Below are positions 1-9,000 of a DNA stretch of 54,957 nucleotides, piece by piece. A program made the position numbers and the translations under genes. How positions within the stretch are numbered: position 1 is the stretch's first letter; each line of letters begins with the position of its first letter. Origin of the DNA: an uncultured Thermoplasmatales archaeon. GTDB lineage: Archaea; Thermoplasmatota; E2; UBA202; DSCA01. Under the pieces are notes generated by a model. That model ran no database searches, was not told where the DNA came from, and was given only the letters and a program-made list of their open reading frames with translations. The stretch is taken from assembly GCA_964514975.1 (NCBI GenBank), contig CAZESS010000015.1:1-54957 (forward strand), read 5' to 3'.

Positions 1-2676
1 CGATGGCACATCGAGCACCATGATGGTGTCGGGTGAGAGATATTTCGCCCAGCAGTCGATGTGCTCGATGTACTGGCCGAGTGCGTCGGGCACCACGTGG
101 TAGGTGCTGATGCCGAGGTAGTCGGCAACAGTTTGATTAATTTCGTCGGGTGTCATACCCGTGTTTTCGTCCCATACGAGCTGCGTTGATACGGCGGTGC
201 CTCGCCCGTCGGTCATGTAGTTGCCGCCCGAATGCATGATAGGCATGAAGACAATGGGGAGGCCTGCATCGGCTGCGTAGGCGCCGGGTATCGCGTCGTC
301 GTCGGGGCGTGACGGCCGGTTGTAGCTGAAGTTGACGACCTGCATGGTGTAATTTGCGCGGTCGGTGTTGTTGAATCGGAACCATGGCCCGTAGTCACGG
401 GTCCAGTAGCTGTTCGAGGGTGCGATGAGATAGCTAGTATGATTGGTGTTCACGCCGTTGCTGGCATACATCGACTCAACGGTGGTCTGCTGGCTGCTGC
501 TGTCGACGATGGTGACGACCTCGACGTCCTCGGCCATCTCGGCGATGGTGGCGAGGCTGATGCCGAAGTCGTTGGTGCCGCCGTAGTTGATGAGGACTTT
601 TTCCATGGGCTCGAACTCCGCTGGGTTGCGGAGCGGCGGTGCAACGTCGAGCGTGGTGATGTAGGGGTTTTTGTTGTGGGCGGTGACAACCAGGGAAACC
701 GTTTCGATGTCCTCGACCGGTGCATCGAAATGGATAATGGTGTCGCCGGTGGCGTCGGTGTAGTTTGCGCCCAGCAGGGTACCGCCGTGTGAGATGGCGC
801 AGAGTGCTGCCTCGACGCCTGTGACGCTGACCTCGTATTCGGTCGCGCCGCTGACCATGGTGTCGTCGTGGTCAACGGTCATATCCGCCGGGGTGTCGGT
901 GCGGATGTGCAGCGAGGGGTCGCCGAAGAACGTCCAGGTCATGACCTCGTCGACGTCACCGGGGTATTCGTCCTGCATGTGCATGGTCCCCGAATAGGAG
1001 AGGCCTCCAAGGCTGTACATGGTGTCGTTGACGAGAAGGTCGACGATTTCGTCCTGGGCGTCCATGGGCGGGCTCCATGACTGCGACTGCGAGGAAGCGA
1101 AGACGCCGATGGCGCCGGCGGGCACGCCGTTGTTGGTGGCCTTCATCCAGGCCTCGGCGAAACAGTCGCTCGAGTAGTCGAATTCGCCGTTGTTACAGGC
1201 GACGCAGACGACGTAGGGAAGCATGTTATCGTTGGTGAGGGCGTTGATGTCGGAGTTGCTGAAGCCGCTGGAACCCCACGAGGTGGGGCTACCATGACCG
1301 CAGTAGTTGACGATGCTCCGCCCGTCGTTGAGGGCGGTGGACACGTCGCTCGGCGACGGGTTGCCGGGGGCATCCTGCCCGCCCTGTGACCCGTCGTAGA
1401 ACTCGTCCACCAGGGTGTAGGTATAGTTGAGCAGGTCGTCTCTGATGATTCGCATGTGCTCGTAGTCGTATTCTCCGTCGTCGCCGGTTCCCTGGGATGA
1501 GGCGATGCCGACGCCCTTGTGGTACCAGTCGGCCGCTGCCTGTGGATATTTTTCATAGGTGATGGAGCGGTTTACCTGCGTCTGCACCTCGGCGGTTGTC
1601 TGCGCTGACATCCGGCCGACGAAGATGTCCTGGTAGTCGTCGGAGCCGACGAGCATCGCGTATTCGGGGTCGGAGGGCTGCCCGCCGTAGGTAAAGGAGG
1701 GAATCTGGCCGATGTCGCCGACGAGGAGCACGAAGGCGAGGTCGGTGGTGTTGTAGTAGTTCCAGATGTAGCTTTTGATGTCGCTGGGGGTGCTCCCGGC
1801 GGTCGAGACGTTGACCATCTCGGTGTGGATACCCTTCATGTTTTTCCAGGTGACGAAGGGCTGCATCGCTGAATAAAAGCTGTCATCGGTGATGACGAGC
1901 ATGTCGCCGTGCTCCGATACGGGGGTGTACCGGTCGCCGCGCGTATCCCCGAAGGCCTCGTTGAAGTTGATGAAATGGTTCCGATAGATGGTCTTGAACG
2001 TGGCGTCCATGGCGGTGAGGGATTCCGTGCGATGATAGACGTTGGTGGTGGCCGGGCCGGTCGGCGTTATCTCGAGGGTGATGTCGGTGTAGACGCGCAG
2101 GGTCTGCTCGACCGGGTTGTACTGGAAGGGATAGATGGTGACGGTCTGCCCGCGGACGTCTCTGGTTATGTATGGTTCACCGAGCGTTGCCATGCCACCC
2201 GGGTAGAAGGCGTCGGTGGCATAGGGTTCTCCGAACTCGTAGGGCACGGTATCCGGGTTGACGTCCCGGGTGATGTCGCCCTTCGATGGGGCGATGGCGA
2301 TGTCGTGGTATTCCTCGTATGCCGTGTCGGTGACGGTGACCGCCATGTCTCTCGCGTCGGGGATGACGATGCTTCTTGTTATTTTCGGCAGGGCGGGCAC
2401 GCCGCGCTCACGCATGGTTGACGTGTCAGGCATATGCAATTTCTGGTAGATGGTGCCCTGGATGGGTACCGGGTCCATGGTGAAATCGTTGACGGCGATG
2501 TGCATCCTGACATGGGACGGGTCTCCGTCCATGAGGCGGACGGCCAGGGGATAAGATGAGCCGTCCCCGGTTGGCTGGGTGCTTTCTGCGTGCACCGCAA
2601 CCGGAAATGCTGCCAGTATCAGGAGTGCAACCGTCAGTACGGTACCGGATATTTTATAAAAACTAGCTTGTTTCAT
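1..2676 (-). CDS. Secreted fusion: gingipain R-like C25 cysteine peptidase (propeptide, catalytic, Ig) plus Porphyromonas-type peptidylarginine/agmatine deiminase domain; 3' end runs off the window
   Basis: Not in the ORF track because there is no stop in the window. Manual translation from ATG 2676 (RBS AGGTGA upstream) is open for 892 codons. It has signal peptide MKQASFYKISGTVLTVALLILAAFPVAVHA, propeptide IAPSKGDITRDVNPDTVPY, maturation site R/YTPVSE, catalytic NYCGHGS and VACNNG, then deiminase motifs PAEFEP, WTRDYGP, GGNYMTDGRGT and EHIDCW. Confidence 0.9.
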   Translation of the reverse strand, partial: MKQASFYKISGTVLTVALLILAAFPVAVHAESTQPTGDGSSYPLAVRLMDGDPSHVRMHIAVNDFTMDPVPIQGTIYQKLHMPDTSTMRERGVPALPKITRSIVIPDARDMAVTVTDTAYEEYHDIAIAPSKGDITRDVNPDTVPYEFGEPYATDAFYPGGMATLGEPYITRDVRGQTVTIYPFQYNPVEQTLRVYTDITLEITPTGPATTNVYHRTESLTAMDATFKTIYRNHFINFNEAFGDTRGDRYTPVSEHGDMLVITDDSFYSAMQPFVTWKNMKGIHTEMVNVSTAGSTPSDIKSYIWNYYNTTDLAFVLLVGDIGQIPSFTYGGQPSDPEYAMLVGSDDYQDIFVGRMSAQTTAEVQTQVNRSITYEKYPQAAADWYHKGVGIASSQGTGDDGEYDYEHMRIIRDDLLNYTYTLVDEFYDGSQGGQDAPGNPSPSDVSTALNDGRSIVNYCGHGSPTSWGSSGFSNSDINALTNDNMLPYVVCVACNNGEFDYSSDCFAEAWMKATNNGVPAGAIGVFASSQSQSWSPPMDAQDEIVDLLVNDTMYSLGGLSYSGTMHMQDEYPGDVDEVMTWTFFGDPSLHIRTDTPADMTVDHDDTMVSGATEYEVSVTGVEAALCAISHGGTLLGANYTDATGDTIIHFDAPVEDIETVSLVVTAHNKNPYITTLDVAPPLRNPAEFEPMEKVLINYGGTNDFGISLATIAEMAEDVEVVTIVDSSSQQTTVESMYASNGVNTNHTSYLIAPSNSYWTRDYGPWFRFNNTDRANYTMQVVNFSYNRPSRPDDDAIPGAYAADAGLPIVFMPIMHSGGNYMTDGRGTAVSTQLVWDENTGMTPDEINQTVADYLGISTYHVVPDALGQYIEHIDCWAKYLSPDTIMVLDVPS

Positions 2677-2780
2677 GTGTTCACCTGCCTGATTAAGAAA
2701 AGCTATCTATTTATAACTTATGAGATGCATGTTAGCATGGTTCACTGTCGTATCTGTGGGATGGCAGCGGTTTGTGGTGC

Positions 2781-3270
2781 CTATGGGGTCCAGGTGCCCG
2801 GCGCGGTGACGTAGACGAACACACCCATGCCCCTGGTGATGGCAAACCCGGGCGGCGGCGTCACACCGACCGTGTAGGACTCAAACGTGCTGCTGGTCGC
2901 ATTCCAGTAGGCAGCGATGCTGCAATAGGGCACCGACGGGGCGAGCGAGCTCGCACTCGTTGCAGCGGCATCAAACCAGCCAATCGTGTTCCATCCCGTA
3001 AACAAATCAACCGCAACAGTTGACAATGGCGCGCCCGTCACCGAAAACGTATCGGACGTGTTCACATACACAAAGTAGCCGACGCCGTCCTCGATAGCGA
3101 AGCCATCCCCGGGTGTCACGCCAACCACGTATGACTCAAACATGCCAGCCGAGGCGTTCCAGTAGGCCACGATTTCGCAGCCCGTAATTGCCTGGCCCAG
3201 CGAGCTCGCAGAATAGTCGTTCTCGACGGGCACCGTTACCAGGTTCCAGCCGGGAGAGAAAGAAAAGATG
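2781..3270 (-). repeat. Shared C-terminal domain, copy A
   Basis: GWNLVTVPV..ASSLGQAITGCEIVAYWNAS..GVGYFVYV..GWNTIGWF..GMGVFVYVT, with high DNA identity to copies B and C. Confidence 0.9.
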
Positions 3271-4457
3271 TGGCGGACCCCGGTAATGGTGAGCGTGCTG
3301 ACCGTAAACATGGTGTTCCCGGTGCCCGCGGACGCGATGACGCCGACGGATGCGATGTCATGTCCCGTTGGCGTGTCGTCGGTCACCACCGGCACATCAC
3401 ATGCAACCGTGTAATTCCCTGATGCGTTGGTGGTCGTGGTCCATGTCATGTCGGCGCGCGGGATGGTGACCGTGACGGTTTCATTCGACACCGGGATACC
3501 GGTGGACGTATTGTAGACACCACCCGTTATCGTGACGGTGTCCCCAGCCTGCGCCGTCGACGGCACGAGGTGCTGGGTTACCGTCACCGGCGGGCTGACA
3601 TGGCTGTACCCGGTAAGATTGGCATGTATCCGCGTGGTTCCGTTCGGCGAGGTACCGTTCACGATGTACCTGGCGGTGTTTTCGGCATCCGGCGAATACC
3701 AGGACTGCTTTGAACCATTGGTGCCGCCCCGGACATACAGCGTGGGCAGTGTCCCGGCGGGAACGGTGACGGTTTCCGTCCCGTTGCACATATGCGGCAT
3801 CGTTTCCTGCTGCTGCCCGGCGAAGGTTTCGTCGACCAGACCCTGCACCCAGATGGAGCCCGACGTGTTGGTCGTTGAAGATACCGTCCAGCTGTCGCCC
3901 ACCTGCAACGGAAAATCATATTCCTCCGCCGGCGGATGCTGCGAGCCGTTCACATGCGCTACGTAGTCGAGGTCGATGACCTGATGGATGACACCGGTGG
4001 AGGTGATGTTGTATGAGATGAGCGACAGGTCCGCCCGGCGCATGTACAGGTCGCCGGTGATAATGCCGTCCATGGGGCCCGACATGCTCTGGTAGGAGAT
4101 CTGGCCGGTTATGTTGCCGGTGAGGTTGAGAGCATATGCATCATACGTGGTGGCATTCTGCGTTACCAGGGTGATACCGGCAACGCTGACGGTGAGGTCG
4201 GTGATGGTGCCGTCGAACGAGCCGTTGGGAGAGTCCAGGTATACGTCGGCGTTGTATGTCCATACGTCGCCGATCGACCATGCCGGCACATCTGTCTCAT
4301 TCGATGCAAAAGCAGGAGCCGAAGCAGGAGAAGAAAGAGAGAAAAAAAGAGGGGGTGAAACGGGGACGGCAGCCGCCGGTATGCCGACGAGGCACATCGC
4401 TGCTGCTACTGCCAGAACTGTGGTAACAGCCGCATGGCGGGATACCTGTCCCTTCAT
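2781..4457 (-). CDS. Secreted protein: beta-rich N-terminal domain with VTVPAGT motif, Ig-like domain, shared GWN-repeat C-terminal domain
   Basis: 558-aa ORF with hydrophobic signal peptide and many N-x-S/T sequons. The C-terminal ~165 aa match three other ORFs in the window. Confidence 0.8.
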   Translation of the reverse strand: MKGQVSRHAAVTTVLAVAAAMCLVGIPAAAVPVSPPLFFSLSSPASAPAFASNETDVPAWSIGDVWTYNADVYLDSPNGSFDGTITDLTVSVAGITLVTQNATTYDAYALNLTGNITGQISYQSMSGPMDGIITGDLYMRRADLSLISYNITSTGVIHQVIDLDYVAHVNGSQHPPAEEYDFPLQVGDSWTVSSTTNTSGSIWVQGLVDETFAGQQQETMPHMCNGTETVTVPAGTLPTLYVRGGTNGSKQSWYSPDAENTARYIVNGTSPNGTTRIHANLTGYSHVSPPVTVTQHLVPSTAQAGDTVTITGGVYNTSTGIPVSNETVTVTIPRADMTWTTTTNASGNYTVACDVPVVTDDTPTGHDIASVGVIASAGTGNTMFTVSTLTITGVRHIFSFSPGWNLVTVPVENDYSASSLGQAITGCEIVAYWNASAGMFESYVVGVTPGDGFAIEDGVGYFVYVNTSDTFSVTGAPLSTVAVDLFTGWNTIGWFDAAATSASSLAPSVPYCSIAAYWNATSSTFESYTVGVTPPPGFAITRGMGVFVYVTAPGTWTP

Positions 4458-4463
4458 CGTTGG

Positions 4464-4965
4464 CTACAGGCCCTGTCCATTCCAGACGCCCGGGCCGGTG
4501 ACGTAGACGAACACACCCATGCCCCTGGTGATGGCAAACCCGGGCGGCGGCGTCACGCCGACCGTATAGGACTCAAACGTGCCGCTCGACGCGTTCCAGT
4601 AGGCAGCGATGCTGCAGTTTGGAACTGCCGGGGCGAGCGAGCTCGCACTCGTTGCAGCGGCATCAAACCAGCCAATCGTGTTCCAGCCCGTGTACAGGTC
4701 AACCGCAACGGTTGACAATGGCGCACCGGTCACCGAAAACGTATCGGAGGTGTTCACATACACAAAGTAGCCGACGCCGTCCTCGATAGCGAAGCCATCA
4801 CCAGGGGTGATACCCACGACAAATGACTGGAACATGCCAGCCGAGGCGTTCCAGTAGGCCACGATTTCGCAGCCCGTAATTGCCTGGCCGAGGGAACTCG
4901 CCTTGTAGTCGTTGTCGACCGGCACCGTTATCAGGTTCCAGCCCACAACGAGGTCGAATTCGACG
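4464..4965 (-). repeat. Shared C-terminal domain, copy B
   Basis: 4747-4957 matches 33496-33706 at 210/211 nt by manual comparison. Confidence 0.9.
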
Positions 4966-5960
4966 GTCTCGGTCGCCGAGATATTCACCGTCGTCGGCGA
5001 CGACCAGTTGCTTTCGACGCCCCATTCATCTTTTGCTTTGACCTTTACGTCGTAATCGCCCGGCTGCGTCCAGGTGTGGTCAGCGGTTGCTGTGGCGCCG
5101 GATGTATATGGCCCGAGCCAGCCGCTGTCCGTGCCGTCGCCCCAGTCAAACATGTATGAAATGTTGTCTCCATCCGGGTCCGTAGTGCTCGCCGAGTAGG
5201 TATAGGACTCGTTGACGAGACCAGTTGTCGGACCGCTGGGTGCCGCCGGCGTGGCCGGCGGGTCTGAAACCGTTCCATGCAGCTGGAACGACCTGTCCTC
5301 CGTTGTATCGGGCGGAGATGCGCCGTCCTGCCAGGAGAATCCGTCGCCCTCTGGCGAGTTCATCCAGAGCAGCCAGTCAGGCCCGTCGGGGTCGTCATGG
5401 CTCTGTATCGCCATCCATCCCTCGCTGAGGGTGAACGGCGTGGAAAAGTTGTAATGGAACTCCCAGAGGCTGAACCCGCTGTAGTCGTCGCCGGTGTCGG
5501 TGTAGGTGACGTTGGCCGCATCCGCGCTGATGTTGGTCACCAGCGTGGAGGGAACATTTGTCTGGTCGTTGATGTCATCAGAATAAAACGTTATCCAGAA
5601 GTTCATCCCGTTTGGGTCTCCCTCAACCCATTGTGTGCCGGTGTGGTAGGCGGTTATCCCCCACCAGGTAACCCCGGTGATGGTGCCGGTTGCGTTCCAG
5701 AAGTTGTCGATTATCTTGTATCCTTCGCCTGCATCGGTGTTGCCGGCCGACCAGCTGCCGCTCGGCGAGGTATAGTTCTGCTGGAACAGTATCTGGCTCA
5801 ACGGCGCCGGAAACGTGACCGGGTCCGCTGATTGCTTTATGCTGGCGGTAGCGTCATCCGTGGTCAGTGCGTCCTGAGAGCGTGCCCCGGCGGCATTGGC
5901 TGCCGTAAAAGCCGCCCCCATCATTACTATTGCAAGTAATATAGCCATGTGTTTTCTCAT
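4464..5960 (-). CDS. Secreted PKD-domain protein with shared GWN-repeat C-terminal domain
   Basis: 498 aa with signal peptide, an uncharacterised beta domain, a PKD motif (YMFDWGDGTDSGWLGPY..HTWTQPGDYDVKVKAKD) and the shared C-terminal domain. RBS GGAGG upstream. Confidence 0.85.
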   Translation of the reverse strand: MRKHMAILLAIVMMGAAFTAANAAGARSQDALTTDDATASIKQSADPVTFPAPLSQILFQQNYTSPSGSWSAGNTDAGEGYKIIDNFWNATGTITGVTWWGITAYHTGTQWVEGDPNGMNFWITFYSDDINDQTNVPSTLVTNISADAANVTYTDTGDDYSGFSLWEFHYNFSTPFTLSEGWMAIQSHDDPDGPDWLLWMNSPEGDGFSWQDGASPPDTTEDRSFQLHGTVSDPPATPAAPSGPTTGLVNESYTYSASTTDPDGDNISYMFDWGDGTDSGWLGPYTSGATATADHTWTQPGDYDVKVKAKDEWGVESNWSSPTTVNISATETVEFDLVVGWNLITVPVDNDYKASSLGQAITGCEIVAYWNASAGMFQSFVVGITPGDGFAIEDGVGYFVYVNTSDTFSVTGAPLSTVAVDLYTGWNTIGWFDAAATSASSLAPAVPNCSIAAYWNASSGTFESYTVGVTPPPGFAITRGMGVFVYVTGPGVWNGQGL

Positions 5961-6008
5961 GTTTTGCCTCCACGTAAGTAATGTGAACTGGTTATATAAA
6001 TGTTTGCG
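5961..6008 (-). promoter_or_regulatory. Archaeal TATA box (TTTATATAA) with BRE-like CGCAAA, plus RBS GGAGG, for the 498-aa gene
   Basis: Minus strand reads CGCAAACATTTATATAACC...GTGGAGGCAAAACATG. Confidence 0.6.
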
Positions 6009-6035
6009 GTTTTGACAGGATATATTCTATGCTCA

Positions 6036-6078
6036 CAAAAATAAAAAAATGGAAAAAAAGGAGGGAAAAGGAGGGGCG
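6036..6078 (-). terminator. Oligo-T/pyrimidine-tract terminator of the giant gene
   Basis: Directly after the stop, the minus strand reads CCCCTCCTTTTCCCTCCTTTTTTTCCATTTTTTTATTTT, typical of archaeal intrinsic terminators. Confidence 0.65.
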
Positions 6079-6081
6079 TTT

Positions 6082-9000
6082 TTAGGGCCCGGCGTTCCCG
6101 AATATCCGTATGTTGAGGATGGTTGCCGTAATCTCTTTCACCGCACGGTTGCCGGCGACATCGTAGGCCTCTATGGTGATGGTGTGCTCGCCGAACAACG
6201 TTTCATCGAGGACGTAGGATATCTCTTCCTGGAACATGCCCTTGGCGGTGCCGTCGAGATACAGGGTTGCACTGTCAACACCGGATGTAGCCGGGTCTGT
6301 GACGCTTGCCTCGATCGAGATCTGCCCGATGATGATGGTGCGTCCACGTGGCAGCGGCATGATCTCCCGGTTGAAGATGTAGAGGTTTCCGCCGGGCTTG
6401 TGCAGCGTTATCTCGGGTGCATCGCCGTCTATCTTCACCGTCTTGGAATGCGGGGTTTCCTCGTTGTCCTCTGTGTCGACCGAGTAGTAGCTGATGGTGT
6501 GCTGGTCGTGCTCCCTGATGGTGAACGGCCCGGTGTACTCGTTCCAGTCGCCGTCGTCGATGCGGTAGTAGGTTGTCGTCGCGTCGCCATCTGGATCGGT
6601 GGCGCTGAGCATCGCCGTCACTGCACCGGTGTACCAGCCGTCGTTGCCGTCGGGCGACGACGGGTTCAGGGTGATGCTGGTCTGCGGTGCCTCGTTGCCG
6701 CTGATGTAGACGGTCGTGCTCGCGGTCGGCGTCTTCTGACCGGTCTGATGGATGCCGTAGTAGTAGATGGTGTAGGTGCCCTCGTCCAGCGTGAATGGGG
6801 TGTAGTAGCGGCTGTATTCACCGGTTATCTGTGTGCCCTTGTTGACCCGGTACCATATCTCCGTGATGCCCATGCCCTGTGCCTTGTCGAAGTCGAAGCC
6901 TATCTTGGTCTCCGTGGTGATCTCGTGTTTGCCGTCAACCAGCTCGTGTGGCCCGTCGAAGAAGATCAGGTCCGTGATGTCTCCCATGGCAACTCTGAAC
7001 TCGATGACATGGTGCGGGGTTTCCTCGTTGCAGGCAAGGTCGACCGCCCAGTATTCCAGGGTTATCTGGCCGGGCGTGAAGTGGAGGTTGACATACTGGT
7101 TGACATCTCCGGTCTTTTCGGCGCCGCCGTTTATCCTGTAATGGATCTGCCAGGGGTTGTCGTCGTCCTCTGCCTTGATGGTGATCTTGGTGTTCGGCGT
7201 GGGGTTGCTGTTCTCTATCCAGGTCGGCGTATGCCAGGAGGTCGGCGGGGTGCTGTCAGACATGTCGCTGGCGACCCAGAAGGTCTCGTTGTCGTAGCTG
7301 ACGTGGCCGAGGCCGTCGGTTGCCCTGATATCCAGCGTGTGGATGCCCGTGGTCGGGAAGTTGAACACATAGGGGTTGGCAACGCTTGTCCAGGCGCCGC
7401 CGTCAAGGCTGTACTGTATCGCCAGCGCCGGGCTTGCATCGGTGGCGCTCAGGATGATGTCGGTGCCGGTTTCCACGACCCAGTCGTTGTACGAGCAGCC
7501 GGGGTCGCTCGGGATGCCGACGGTCTTGTTGATATCCGGCGGGGTGTCGTCGACGATGAAGGTCACGTTGTCGTAGCCGGTGTTGCCGAGCTCGTCGGAT
7601 GCGATGATCTCGAGGTAGTGGACGCCCTCACCGCTAAGGGTGATGGTGTACCGGAGCGGCGTGACGGTCGTCCAGTTCGACCAGCTGCCGTTGTACCAGG
7701 TGCGGTAGGTGATGTTCTTCCAGCCGACGCCGCCGCTGCATCCCTGGTCGGAGGCGGTGAAGTCGATGACGGTGCTGCTGGTGATGTAGTATTTATCACC
7801 CGGGAACACGACGACCTTGGGCTCGCCGACGGTGTTCTCTATCGCGGGCGGCGTGTTGTCGACCTTGACATCTCTGGTGTGATGGGTGCCCTCGTTGCCG
7901 AGGTTGTCGACCGCGTACCATATGAGCGTGTGGTTGCATTCAACCGGGATGCTGAACGTTGTCTGGGTGGCAGCGACGCTGTACCAGCTGGTACCGCCGT
8001 CGTAGCTGTACACAATCTCGGCGATGCCTGAGGCACAGGCCGGATACTCGGTGGTATTGATGTAGATGGTGGTGTCCGAGGTGATCCATTCTGTGGTGCC
8101 GTCGGTATAGTACGGGGTGCCAAGCTCAAGGGTTGCCGTCGGAGCGGTGTCGTCGACGTTGACATCGGTGAAATGATGGGTTTCCTCGTGACCGAGGTTG
8201 TCGACCGCGTACCATTCGATGCTATGGGTGCACTCGTCGGGGATGTCAAACGTCGCCTGGCTGCCAACAACGGTGTTCCAGCCGGCGCCATAGTTGTACC
8301 ATATCTCCGCGACGCCGGATGCACATGCCGGATGATCGGTTGCGTTGAGATATATCGTCGTGTCCGGGGTGATCCATTCCTCGGTGCCATCGGTGTAATA
8401 GGGCGTGCCATATTCGAGCGTGGTTGATGGTGCAGCGTCGTCGACGTTCACCGTCTGCGTATGCGTTGTCTCGGTGTGACCGAGGTTGTCGACCGCATAC
8501 CATTCAAGGGTGTGCGTGCAGTTGTCCGGGATGGTGAACGACACGTCGCCGGACGCGGTCTGCCATGTTCCGTTGTATGTATAGTATATCGTGGCGACGC
8601 CAGAGGCGCAGGCAGGTCCGTCGGTTGCGTTGAGATATATCGTGGTACCGGTGCTAATCCAGGTATCTGTGCCATCGGTGTAATGCATGCCGCCGTACTC
8701 AATCGTGGTCGATGGCGGGGTGCTGTCAACGTTCACGTCGGTGGAATGGGTGGTCTCGGTGTTGCCGAGCTCGTCGACCGCATACCACTGGATGGTATGG
8801 CTGCATTCCGTCGGGATGGTAAACGTCTCGTTGGCATACACGGTATCCCAAGTAGCGCCACCATCTGTGGAATAGTTGATCCAGGCAACACCAGAGGCGC
8901 AGGCCGGATGGTCGGTGGCGTTGAGGTAGACCGTGGTGCCCGTGGTTATCCATTCGTCGCCGCCGGAGGTGTAATAGGGCGTGCCATATTCGAGCGTGGT

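Noticed and set aside
2781-4965. C-terminal repeats as a diversity-generating retroelement TR/VR pair or an IS element
   Set aside because: No reverse transcriptase or transposase in the window, mismatches are not adenine-specific, there are no terminal inverted repeats, and all copies are in-frame coding domains.
6049-8031. 660-aa plus-strand ORF, and similar long antisense ORFs at 39464-41671, 30703-32355 and 10918-12024
   Set aside because: They are shadows of real minus-strand genes caused by GC3 bias. They are V/D/G/R-rich with no recognisable motifs.
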